DNA from: Eledone cirrhosa
Taxonomy: Eukaryota
Direction: 5' to 3'
Length of the DNA stretch: 64,000 bases
Assembly (NCBI GenBank): GCA_964016885.1
Contig: OZ024740.1
Coordinates: 114,452,001-114,516,000 of the forward strand
Notes under the pieces: generated by a model
What the model was told of the DNA's origin: nothing
The model's database searches: none
Seen by the model: only the letters and a program-made list of their open reading frames with translations
Shown here: positions 53,031-64,000 of the stretch, piece by piece
How positions within the stretch are numbered: the first letter of the stretch is position 1
Layout: each line of letters starts with the position of its first letter
Made by a program: the position numbers and the translations under genes

Positions 53031-53249
53031 GGTGCAAGAAGTGGTCAAGATTTGTATGGAGAAGACAGCCTTCATATATGTATATATATGAATAAATATA
53101 TGTGCATGGTCAACTAGCAGAGAGCGAAATAGAGCCTCGGAGAGAAATATGAACTTTCCTCTCTAAATATGTCTGTAAGAACTAATAATTTTTCTTCTCA
53201 ATTATATTATTATTCTTATAAATATGCAATTTAACTGTCCTTTACACTA

Positions 53250-53292
53250 CCGTCGCTGAAAATGCATATAATGCTGAAACCGGTACCACGAT
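53250..53292 (+). ncRNA. Decayed minimal type I hammerhead in a probable PLE terminus
   Basis: CGTCG CTGAAAA TGCA-TATAA-TGCT GAA ACCGGT A CCACG; G8 is mutated, stem III ACCGGT is palindromic. Confidence 0.5.
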
Positions 53293-54189
53293 TAAATGCG
53301 TAAATCCCCAGTTTATAAATAAATGTTTTGATATTATACAGAAAAATGTATTTTCTTCCTTTTTACTATTTGTTTATATATATCCATTCGTGTGTCTCTG
53401 CTACATTCCATTTATATATATACATATGTGTGTGCGTGTATGTATATATATGTATATATATACGCATGAATATATATGCTTATATATGTATATGATGTAG
53501 ATATGTGTGTATAATTTTTATACACTATATTTTCGGTAATGCATGCAATATACAACGGTCAGCGCATACTTATGTATGAGCCTAAATTCGAAAACATTAG
53601 TATTAATGTTTTCACCATTATTATTAATTTTTACTATAATTAATACCTTCAGTATTTTATGTTTAATCATTTTACTACTATTATTTTGATTTTCCATATA
53701 TGGTAGCAGGAGATTATGCGGCTATGCTAAAAAAGAATATTAGTCTACTGATATTGTTTTTTAGCAAGAATACCATTTTTTATAGAAAGTATTTGTTCTT
53801 CCCGCCCCATAGAATGACGTAATTTTATTTGCATACATTACAATCATCTCAGGAGAACGTGTTCACGAACTAACTTTATTTCTTCCTGTTTTCTAAAGAC
53901 AATATTTGGTCGTAATGTTTTTGAACTATCTAATTCTGCCTCTTAAATAATATCTTTATTATTTCAAATAATAGTTAAATCAAAAACATTCTGTATATAG
54001 TAACAAGACTACTGTGATAATTGATCACCATTGTTGTTTTGAGGATTGAGGTGTCTGTTTGAAAATTCTATAATATTCAACACATTGTATATACAATATT
54101 GAGTGCAAACAATACGTGACTTATTTTTGTCACAGCAATTTAAAGATCGTGAAAGAGTAAATAAAAGAAAAAGAGAGGTTATATATCTT

Positions 54190-55012
54190 AATCCGTATGG
54201 CCTCCCCACAGCCCGGGCGAGCAGAATGGAGAAGGCGTTTCCCCGGAGGTTGGTAACGGAGATGCGCCAGAAGAACCATTCCAACTCGCGAGGCTCACAC
54301 CTGCGGCTGGCCAGCTCAGCGCCTATGTTGGTGAATAGGGAGGTAGCCTTAAGGCCAAGGACACCAGACGTCTCCACTGCCAAGGGTACGACCACGTACC
54401 TGTCGAAGATCGACCAATACCTGGAGAGTTTGGCCTCCGCAGCCCGACGTGCAGCAGTAACTGAGTTAGTCGCAGACTGCACCAGGTTGCGGCTGGAGAA
54501 AGTGTCGCTGCATGTGGCATCCCAGACGAGGGATTTGCCACCGCTGTACGGAAAGATGGTCATAACCTCTGGCCTTTTGCCGTCCCCTCGGTCCAGTGCC
54601 ACTGGCTCTAGCTGGGAGGGGAAGCCTGCAGTGTCCAAGCCATGCTTTATGACCTCGTCGAGGGCAGCATGGCGTAGAAGGCGGTCGGCACTGTGACGGC
54701 AGGATAGCGGGTGGAGGCCGAAAGAGTCCAGAGTGGATCCACAGCGACATTTATGTGGCTCGCAGATTCGGACTTCAACCCTCAACGAAACGCCGATGTG
54801 CGGGCTTTAGTTATCCAACTGCGTTCCATTGGAGAATGAGGGCAAAGTATGGAGCCATGCACCACTGTGGGGTTTGGAGGCCGCGCGGAAACATGCAAGG
54901 CGGTGCTGATCGGACTGGCGCGTGAGGAGGAAGGACATCTAGTGGGCTAAGTCCCAACCGGTCCCACGTCTCACAGGCGGCCTCACGTTCCCTGATCACA
55001 GATGATTCCATA
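54190..55012 (-). mobile_element. CRE-clade-like RLE retrotransposon 3' fragment, same family as 10200-11780
   Basis: ICEPHKCRCG..HPLSC..RHAALDEVI..LEP..KRPE..WDATCSDT..PLAVETSG..LRGNA (ORF 54009-54785). Confidence 0.82.
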
Positions 55013-55099
55013 CTGGTTGATTTTTCTCATTTGCGGATGATCCTGCTTAGGGTGAAACCAGTAATTCATTTCTTAAGCTTTCAATCTGTACATATAATA

Positions 55100-55744
55100 A
55101 ATATATGCTCTATGCGTTTATATATCAAACTTATCAAGTGCAGGTCGAAGTTCATCTTCTGTCGAGTTGACAAAGGCATGTCGTCTGCAAATTCCAGGCG
55201 ACTGATTTTACCCCCCACTAGTCATGTTACCATTTCTAAACCGGCTGCGCATGTCAATCCTGTTCATGTTAGTAATGGACAGAAAAGGTGACAGTACGCA
55301 CCCTTAGCAGATTCCGACTCCCACATCGAATGGTTTCTATTTTGCACCATTGATCCGAACACAATTACTCCGGGCATTCGTATAGAGACAACATGGCAGC
55401 AAGAAACTGACCAACAATCCGATAGTCCTGCACAACCTTCCACAGCAGGTCCTAAAGAACAAAGTCATATGTCTTCACAAGGTCGACAAAGCAAGAATAT
55501 ACTTCTTGGCAATAAACCCACGAGAGAGTCATGGTAGAGCAGCTACTTCTCCAAATCTAGAGATCACAGCTCCGAAACTATGGGCATGTGGTTAGACTGT
55601 CTTAGGAAATATTTGCTGTACAGATTTTACGGGCGAAACCAACAGGTAGAAGACCCAGGGGTCGGCTCCGAGCATGATGGATGGTCATGCTTGGGGATCC
55701 AGCTGGAACAGTTGGAGATGGTTGTCTCTGACAGGACCTCTCGG
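55100..55744. mobile_element. RTE-like relic with an RT segment on minus (~55100-55520) and a 3'-end segment on plus (~55560-55744)
   Basis: Minus: CFVDLVKTYD..LLWKV..VRING..GCVLSPFL. Plus: TGRRPRGR..W and GAACAGTTGGAGATGGTTGTCTCTGACAGGAC, similar to the 38340-38380 end. Confidence 0.6.
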
Positions 55745-55745
55745 A

Positions 55746-55861
<116 letters not shown>

Positions 55862-56700
55862 GGGAAGAAGACGCACGAGGTGACGGAGGTCATGAAATCG
55901 CTCCCGTAAGTTTTGAATTTTTAACATATTTAAATCATTTGTGAAATAACAACTCTTAGTACAAATGCTACGTAAAGCAGCCGGCTTGAGCCCCAAAAAA
56001 TACGAACCCAAAATATATTGCTATAAGGCTCAAATATTCAAATATTCAACTTTGTATTGTACACTGTATATCCAAAAAAGAAAATGGCTATAAATGGAAG
56101 AAGAACCCCCACCCCCTCCTCTCCTCTGTCTACACTATATAAGACAGCCAAACTCACCAACACCAGAAACTAGATACACCACCCACCCCATCATCTGTGT
56201 ACACTAAACACAACAGCCAGATAACGGCATTTTCACCTTCACCACCACCGCTCACTACGGCCATCATTACCACCACTATCCCATCACCGCCGCCACCACC
56301 CCTTCACTCCTTCACTGCTGCCACCGCTACAGCACCATCACTACAGTAATACGGTCACATCACCGCCACCACTGCCTCGGTATCGACATCACCACCACCA
56401 CTGTCTCAGTATCGCTACCGCCGCCAGTCTCCCACTTATCCCTGCTGGCTGCTACTTCCACACTATAGAATTCCTACTACTAACAAAGAGGAAGGCATCA
56501 AAATATATAGATAGACTCAAAAGAAAAAAGAAAAAACAAACAACAAAACCAAAGCAGCACAGCAACAACAGCAAAAACGAGAAAAACAAACAGAGAAAAA
56601 CAAAAACAAAAAAAGAAACCCCCAAAACGTAAAGAAAATAAGAATGAAGAGAGAAGCAGGCGGACGGACAGAGAAGAGGGGGGAAAAACTAAAACTTAAA
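55862..56700 (+). mobile_element. Leader segment homologous to 2993-3570, upstream of the R4/Dong ORF
   Basis: See 2993-3570. GTGACGGAGG..GTAAGTTTTGAA also resembles the Tx1-like 5' end at 1950-2047 (minus). Confidence 0.5.
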
Positions 56701-56942
56701 AAACAAAAACTAAGTCAGACATTCGAACACTACATTACAATGAAACTTATGCTTATTCATTTTTGGGGCCCTTTCTGCCTGTGTGTTTGTTTGTTTATGT
56801 GTGTTCGTATACAGCGTGGTGATAATGCCACACAAGGGCCAAGTGGGATGGCGGATCCACAGATGGCTATGTAAACATACATTCGCCAATCCTCGATAAG
56901 AGTGTTTAAATATCGAACATAAACAGTTCGAATAACGGTGAA

Positions 56943-59900
56943 ATGGAGACTAGAACGTCATGTGACAGACTCTCACCCAACAGGTGCCCCCTGGCTCAGC
57001 AGCAGGAACCTGACTGTCAACCAAATACTGCTGATGTTGGAGGAAGAAGAAGAAGGAAAGGGGCCAGAACCAACTGGACGAAAGAATTGAATAGAACTGT
57101 TATGCAATGCTACCTGAAAAGTAACCCCAAGGAGAGGGGCTACAGGAGACGGATGCATAACATCTGGAACGAGATTGGTTTATTTAAATTAGATGAACAA
57201 AAATTGGCCGGGCAGGCTCGGGTAATAAGAACTAATGGGTGGATAAGCGAGCTGGAACTGGAGGAACTGAGCAGAGAGAATGGCTTGGAGATGGCGGGTG
57301 TAGTATGCCAGACAAGCGAGCCGGCGGGAAATGAAGGTGAGGAGGTCCTGAGAACGGAGGAACCACCCGAAGCAGACAATGATCTGAATACTGAGATAAA
57401 TAATACCTGGAACAGAGATACGGCCACTGAGGAGATGAATGCTGACGGGCTAGGACAAGATTCGGTTGACATCCTAAATTTAGTGGTAGATGAGTTGAAC
57501 AATGATAGTGGGAGACCTATGAACCTAAGATTTGTAGACAGGAAAAAGTTAAAAGAAACAACAGCTAAGGTAAACAAAGTCATCCCATACCTTGAGGCGA
57601 GGAGTCTTCACCAGTGCAACAATATCCTCAAAGCAACAGCAAATACGGTGAGGAAACTACTTGGTATAAAAGCGAGAGGAAACAACAGACAAGAAAGAGC
57701 AGAGCCGTGGTGGAGGAAGCGACTGAGTGGGCAAATCGGGGAAATGAGAAATGACATAGGAAAGCTTGAGTCACTACTGAATGGGACACTAAAAAACATA
57801 GGCACTAAAAATAGACTGGAAATAAAATACAAAACTAGGAGTAAAAAGCTAAATATTATCATAGAGGAATTGAAGCAACGCATTGTAGCAAAGAGTGCCA
57901 AAATCAGGCGATACGAGAACAGAGTCAGTCAGTATAAACAGAACCGCATGTTCGACAACAACCAGAAGATGCTGTTTGGACAGCTTGAGGGGAAAGAAAG
58001 AGGCAACGACTTGATCCCTGGGGCGGAACAAGCTAAAACATTCTGGAGAGGAATATGGGAGCAGGATGTTAGACACAATGCCCAGGCAGGGTGGATTGAG
58101 ACAGTACAGAGGGAGATCGGTGAGCAGGCACAGCAACAGACTGATTTGAGTATCACAGTTGAAACTCTTAAGGGGCAAGCCAAAAAACTAACCAACTGGA
58201 AATCACCAGGCCCAGATGGTGTGCAGGGGTATTGGATTAAACATTTAACATCCCTCCACCCGAAGCTGACGGCCATGTTCAATGACTGCTTGGTGTCGGG
58301 TGAGGTGCCAGAGTGGTTGACAAAAGGTACCACAGTTCTGATAATGAAAGACCGAATCAAGGGTAATGATGTTACCAACTATAGACCTATCACATGTCTG
58401 CCCGTAATGTGGAAACTGTTGACGAGCATTGTGTCTGAGGAAATCTACCATCACCTCCACACAAACAACTTGTTGCCGGACGAACAGAAAGGATGCCGAA
58501 AGAAGTCACGTGGTACAAAGGACCAGTTGCTTATTGATAAGATGGTAATGGGGAATTGCAAGAGGAGACACACTGATCTTGCCATGGGATGGATAGACTA
58601 CAGAAAGGCATTTGACATGGTGCCTCATTCCTGGATCACCAAAAGCCTGGAGATCTTCAGGGTGGCAGATAACATCAGACAGTTGCTGGGCAGGAGTATG
58701 GGGTCCTGGGAGACAGAGTTGACATCAACTGGAGTATCCTTGGGAAGCGTGAAGATCAAGAGAGGTATCTTCCAGGGAGATAGCCTGTCCCCTCTGTTGT
58801 TTGTCCTTGCCCTGATGCCCTTGACCATTATGCTGCGAAAAGTGAGAGCAGTATACAAGTTGGGAAGGGGAGAGCTTACCATCAATCACCTCCTCTTCAT
58901 GGACGATCTTAAGCTCTTCGGGAAAAGTGAGAAGGAGTTGGATGTGCTTGTTGACACTGTCCGTATTTTCAGCAGTGATATATGTATGCAGTTTGGTATT
59001 GGTAAATGTGGAGTCATTGTGATGAGGAGGGGGTAGGTTGAGCAGAAGTAACGGGATCCAGATACCAACAGGTGAGATGATAAAGGAAATTGACTCTGAG
59101 GAAGGATACAAGTATTTGGGCGTTCTGGAGGCTGATGGCATAAAGAACAAAAAAATGAAGGAATTGTTAAGAACTGAATACATTCGGAGAGTAAGGAGCG
59201 TATTGAAGTCACATCTGAACAGCAGAAATGCCATAAGCGCAGTAAATTCCCGAGCTGTGTCTATTATTAGGTACAGTGCGGGAATCCTGAGATGGAATGT
59301 TGCTGAACAAAAAGAAATGGATAGGAAGACTAGGAAGCTATTGACTATCTACAACATGTTCCACAAGAGGAGTGATGTCGATAGACTCTACCTAAGGAGA
59401 TCTGAGGGTGGAAGAGGTCTTATCAGCATAGAGGACTGTGTTCAGATGGAGAAAAACAACCTATACAAATACGTGACCTATAGTAAGGAGCCAATGCTCA
59501 GAGCTGTACTGAAGGAGGGGACAGTAGGCCAGGGGATACCCAAGGAGGAAATAACATCAAGGAGGAAGAGCAGCCTTAAGGGAAAATCCCTTCATAGTAC
59601 CTTCTTTGAGAAAACTGAATTTAGAGATCCACAGACATGGAACTGGTTGAGAAGAGGAGACCTCAAAAAGGCTACAGAAGGAATGCTAATGGCTGCGCAG
59701 GAGCAGGCCCTCAAAACGAAGTGGTTGAAGCACCATATCTACAAGGAGGAGGCTAGCCCACTGTGCAGGATCTGTGGAGAGAGAGAGGAGACTGTGGCTC
59801 ACATTGTGTCCGAGTGTAAACACCTAGCCCAGACCCACTATAAGGGCTGGAGACACGATGTGATGGGCAGGGTGATCCACTGGCACCTGTGCAAAGTAAA

Positions 59901-60332
59901 CAATCTACCACATTCTGAGAAATGGTATGAGCATAGGCCAGAGGCGGTGATGGCAGTCAGGTGAAGGTGCTGTGGGATTTTAGGATACAGACGGACAAAA
60001 AACTGGAACACAATAGACCTGACCTGGTGGTTGTGGACAAAGAAAAAAGATCGTGCCTGATTGTGGATGTGGCCTGCCCGTTCGACACGAGAGTGCAAGA
60101 GAAGGAGAGGGAGAAAATTAACCGATACCAGGACCTAAAGTGGGAGGTGAAAAGGATTTGGAACTGCCATGAAGTCAAAGTGATCCCGATTGTCATAGGC
60201 GCACTGGGGACTATCTCCAAAGGTTTCCAGGGATGGTTAAAGAAAATCGGCCCCTTCACGCTTTTTGGAACGCTTCAAAAGGCATGCTTGCTTGGAACGG
60301 CAAGAACCCTCCGATACGTCCTGAATATCTGA
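56943..60332 (+). pseudogene. R4/Dong ORF (N-terminal W..E.N..VM.CY domain, RT with FMDD, CCHC, PD-D/ExK RLE), frameshifted near 59030 and 59955
   Basis: ORFs 56943-59036, 59038-59964 and 59961-60332. Relative to the 3730-6749 copy there is an extra G in a G run at ~59030 and a 4-nt deletion at ~59955. Confidence 0.92.
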
Positions 60333-60418
60333 GGCTGCAGGTAGTGGCTTGATATTCAATCCAACGGACTTTCCAGTTAACCAACATCAATGACTGAGAT
60401 TCAAGGAATAACAATAAC

Positions 60419-60470
<52 letters not shown>
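56943..60470 (+). mobile_element. Near full-length R4/Dong-clade RLE non-LTR retrotransposon with (AAT)n tail
   Basis: Single long ORF broken by two frameshifts, a short 3' UTR, and an AAT tail at 60407-60472. Confidence 0.95.
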
Positions 60471-60472
<2 letters not shown>

Positions 60473-60473
<1 letters not shown>

Positions 60474-60737
60474 GATTTGGAACTGCCATGAAGTCAAAGT
60501 GATCCCGATTGTCATAGGCGCACTGGGGACTATCTCCAAAGGTTTCCAGGGATGGTTAAAGAAAATCGGCCCCTTCACGCTTTTTGGAACGCTTCAAAAG
60601 GCATGCTTGCTTGGAACGGCAAGAACCCTCCGATACGTCCTGAATATCTGAGGCTGCAGGTAGTGGCTTGATATTCAATCCAACGGACTTTCCAGTTAAC
60701 CAACATCAATGACTGAGATTCAAGGAATAACAATAAC

Positions 60738-60775
<38 letters not shown>

Positions 60776-60925
60776 GGCATGCTTGCTTGGAACGGCAAGA
60801 ACCCTCCGATACGTCCTGAATATCTGAGGCTGCAGGTAGTGGCTTGATATTCAATCCAACGGACTTTCCAGTTAACCAACATCAATGACTGAGATTCAAG
60901 GAATAATAATAATAATAATAATAAG
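60473..60925 (+). mobile_element. Two progressively shorter identical reiterations of the element's 3' end (60473-60773 and 60774-60925), each with an (AAT)n tail
   Basis: Exact copies of 60154-60406 and 60279-60406. Confidence 0.9.
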
Positions 60926-60927
60926 AA

Positions 60928-60928
<1 letters not shown>

Positions 60929-60958
<30 letters not shown>

Positions 60959-61113
60959 AAGAAGAAGAAGAAGAAGAAGAAGAAGAAGAAGAAGAAGAAG
61001 AAGAAGAAGAAGAAGAAGAAGAAGAAGAAGAAGAAGAAGAAGAAGAAGAAGAAGAAGAAGAAGAAGAAGAAGAAGAAGAAGAAGAAGAAGAAGAAGAAGA
61101 AGAAGAAGAAAGA
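60929..61113. repeat. (GAA)n microsatellite
   Basis: Direct inspection. Confidence 0.98.
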
Positions 61114-61622
61114 AGGGTTTATATGTACTTATCTCTATACAGCCCTTATCGAGTCCCCCTTGGAATTTTGTCTTTGTATTTATTGTAACTATTTATATAT
61201 AACTTTTACTTTGATAAATTTGATAGGTTTTGGCCAGTATTGGCCCAGTCCATGTCTAACTTAATAGCACCACCTGATATATATATATAGTGATAATAAT
61301 AAGTGTGAAGACTAAAATCCAAAGAGGTCTCGTTTAGGATAAATATATATATATCTCTCTCTCTATATATATGTATGGATGGATGTATATATATGCATAC
61401 ACAGACATTTCCCTATATGCATAGATGGATCGTATATGGATGATTTTGTTGGAAAATATATAGAGAAATGATGATTGACGCGAGTAGTTTGGTTGAAGTT
61501 TAATATAATGTCAAATGCAGCAATCTAAAGAGAAGTTTTAATGAGAATTCCGTATTTTGGCATTTGGGACTAAGTTTATACTTGTGTAGACGTGTTTGGG
61601 CAATAGTAAATGACTGACTGTA

Positions 61623-61690
<68 letters not shown>

Positions 61691-61741
61691 GTATATATAT
61701 ATATAAATATATATATATACATATATACATATATATATATA

Positions 61742-61805
<64 letters not shown>

Positions 61806-61962
61806 GATATAATGCTCTGAAATAGCGATATATATGTGAAGACAAACATAGAATATTCGAAAATATTCTGTATGTTTATAATAAACATTTCGAAGACCCA
61901 ATCGCTATAGAATAGAATACGTCACGTATTACAATTTGAGATTCTCGATAAAAGCAAGGGAA

Positions 61963-62005
61963 GTAACCTACGCGTTTCATTCTTATTAGAAATCATCAGG
62001 ATTAC
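61963..62005 (-). ncRNA. Minimal type I hammerhead ribozyme (identical copies at 62275-62317, 62587-62629 and 62899-62941)
   Basis: The reverse complement reads GTAATC CTGATGA TTTCT-AATA-AGAAT GAA ACGCGT A GGTTAC. Confidence 0.88.
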
Positions 62006-63179
62006 ATATCCAGTGCTTTTATCGAGAATGACACAGCTAGAGACTTATAGAATACTTAGCTGTGTACAGGAACTGGTTTGAAAGAGCGGTTGCCGGTCCG
62101 GCAGAAATTAGAATTTGGATATAAAGCTCTGAAATAGCGATATATATGTGAAGACAAACATAGAATATTCGAAAATATTCTGTATGTTTATAATAAACAT
62201 TTCGAAGACCCAATCGCTATAGAATAGAATACGTCACGTATTACAATTTGAGATTCTCGATAAAAGCAAGGGAAGTAACCTACGCGTTTCATTCTTATTA
62301 GAAATCATCAGGATTACATATCCAGTGCTTTTATCGAGAATGACACAGCTAGAGACTTATAGAATACTTAGCTGTGTACAGGAACTGGTTTGAAAGAGCG
62401 GTTGCCGGTCCGGCAGAAATTAGAATTTGGACATAATGCTCTGAAATAGCGATATATATGTGAAGACAAACATAGAATATTCGAAAATATTCTGTATGTT
62501 TATAATAAACATTTCGAAGACCCAATCGCTATAGAATAGAATACGTCACGTATTACAATTTGAGATTCTCGATAAAAGCAAGGGAAGTAACCTACGCGTT
62601 TCATTCTTATTAGAAATCATCAGGATTACATATCCAGTGCTTTTATCGAGAATGACACAGCTAGAGACTTATAGAATACTTAGCTGTGTACAGGAACTGG
62701 TTTAAAAGAGCGGTTGCCGGTCCGGCAGAAATTAGAATTTGGATATAATGCTCTGAAATAGCGATATATATGTGAAGACAAACATAGAATATTCGAAAAT
62801 ATTCTGTATGTTTATAATAAACATTTCGAAGACCCAATCGCTATAGAATAGAATACGTCACGTATTACAATTTGAGATTCTCGATAAAAGCAAGGGAAGT
62901 AACCTACGCGTTTCATTCTTATTAGAAATCATCAGGATTACATATCCAGTGCTTTTATCGAGAATGACACAGCTAGAGACTTATATGTTTATTATAAACA
63001 TACAGAATATTTTCGAATATTCTATGTTTGTCTTCACATATATATCGCTATTTCAGAGCATTATATCCAAATTCTAATTTCTGCCGGACCGGCAACCGCT
63101 CTTTCAAACCAGTTCCTGTACACAGCTAAGTATTCTATAAGTCTCTAGCTGTGTCATTCTCGATAAAAGCACTGGATAT

Positions 63180-63222
63180 GTAATCCTGATGATTTCTAAT
63201 AAGAATGAAACGCGTAGGTTAC
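63180..63222 (+). ncRNA. Minimal type I hammerhead ribozyme (identical copies at 63492-63534 and 63804-63846); predicted cleavage after 63216, 63528 and 63840
   Basis: Stem I GTAATC/GGTTAC, core CTGATGA plus GAAA, stem II TTCT/AGAA, palindromic stem III ACGCGT, GUA triplet. Confidence 0.9.
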
Positions 63223-64000
63223 TTCCCTTGCTTTTATCGAGAATCTCAAATTGTAATACGTGACGTATTCTATTCTATAGCGATTGGGTCTTCGAAATGT
63301 TTATTATAAACATACAGAATATTTTCGAATATTCTATGTTTGTCTTCACATATATATCACTATTTCAGAGCATTATATCCAAATTCTAATTTCTGCCGGA
63401 CCGGCAACCGCTCTTTCAAACCAGTTCCTGTACACAGCTAAGTATTCTATAAGTCTCTAGCTGTGTCATTCTCGATAAAAGCACTGGATATGTAATCCTG
63501 ATGATTTCTAATAAGAATGAAACGCGTAGGTTACTTCCCTTGCTTTTATCGAGAATCTCAAATTGTAATACGTGACGTATTCTATTCTATAGCGATTGGG
63601 TCTTCGAAATGTTTATTATAAACATACAGAATATTTTCGAATATTCTATGTTTGTGTTCACATATATATCGCTATTTCAGAGCATTATATCCAAATTCTA
63701 ATTTCTGCCGGACCAGCAACCGCTCTTTCAAACCAGTTCCTGTACACAGCTAAGTATTCTATAAGTCTCTAGCTGTGTCATTCTCGATAAAAGCACTGGA
63801 TATGTAATCCTGATGATTTCTAATAAGAATGAAACGCGTAGGTTACTTCCCTTGCTTTTATCGAGAATCTCAAATTGTAATACGTGACGTATTCTATTCT
63901 ATAGCGATTGGGTCTTCGAAATGTTTATTATAAACATACAGAATATTTTCGAATATTCTATGTTTGTCTTCTTATATATATATATATATATATATATATA

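Larger units (their letters stand above)
61801..63971. mobile_element. Hammerhead-containing 312-bp tandem array (candidate non-LTR retrozyme): ~3.8 units plus ~3.2 inverted units, flanked by (TA)n
   Basis: Unit starts at 61801, 62113, 62425 and 62737; orientation flips at ~62985; units differ by only 1-2 substitutions. Confidence 0.88.

Noticed and set aside
56800-56942. HDV-like ribozyme in the R4/Dong 5' UTR
   Set aside because: Expected by analogy with R2-type elements, but I could not assemble the nested double pseudoknot by eye.
61801-63971. CRISPR array or plain satellite
   Set aside because: Units are wholly identical with no unique spacers and the context is eukaryotic; the conserved ribozyme and folding argue against a simple satellite.

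Overview
This is AT-rich, microsatellite-dense animal DNA. It is probably from an octopod cephalopod, which I infer from the SINE families. It consists almost entirely of transposable elements, and I recognised no host protein-coding gene. Elements present: R4/Dong-clade RLE retrotransposons (one near full length at 56.9-60.4 kb), Tx1/L1-clade elements, CRE-like and RTE fragments, tRNA-derived SINEs, a small Helitron, and many Penelope-like (PLE) remnants inserted in (TA)n. The most striking signal is not protein-coding. At 61801-63971 a 312-bp, highly structured unit is repeated about 7 times as two divergent arms, and every complete copy carries an intact minimal type I hammerhead ribozyme, making it a candidate non-LTR retrozyme / circRNA locus with PLE-like inverted architecture. 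A truncated Naiad-like PLE (40960-43701) has an in-frame TGA exactly at the last Cys of a CxCx5Cx5C motif (possible selenocysteine) and hammerheads with a U3:A8 covariant core. Several further hammerhead families lie in small fold-back elements. Different retroelement families occupy different microsatellites. All family assignments come from motif recognition by eye, not database searches, and element boundaries are approximate.
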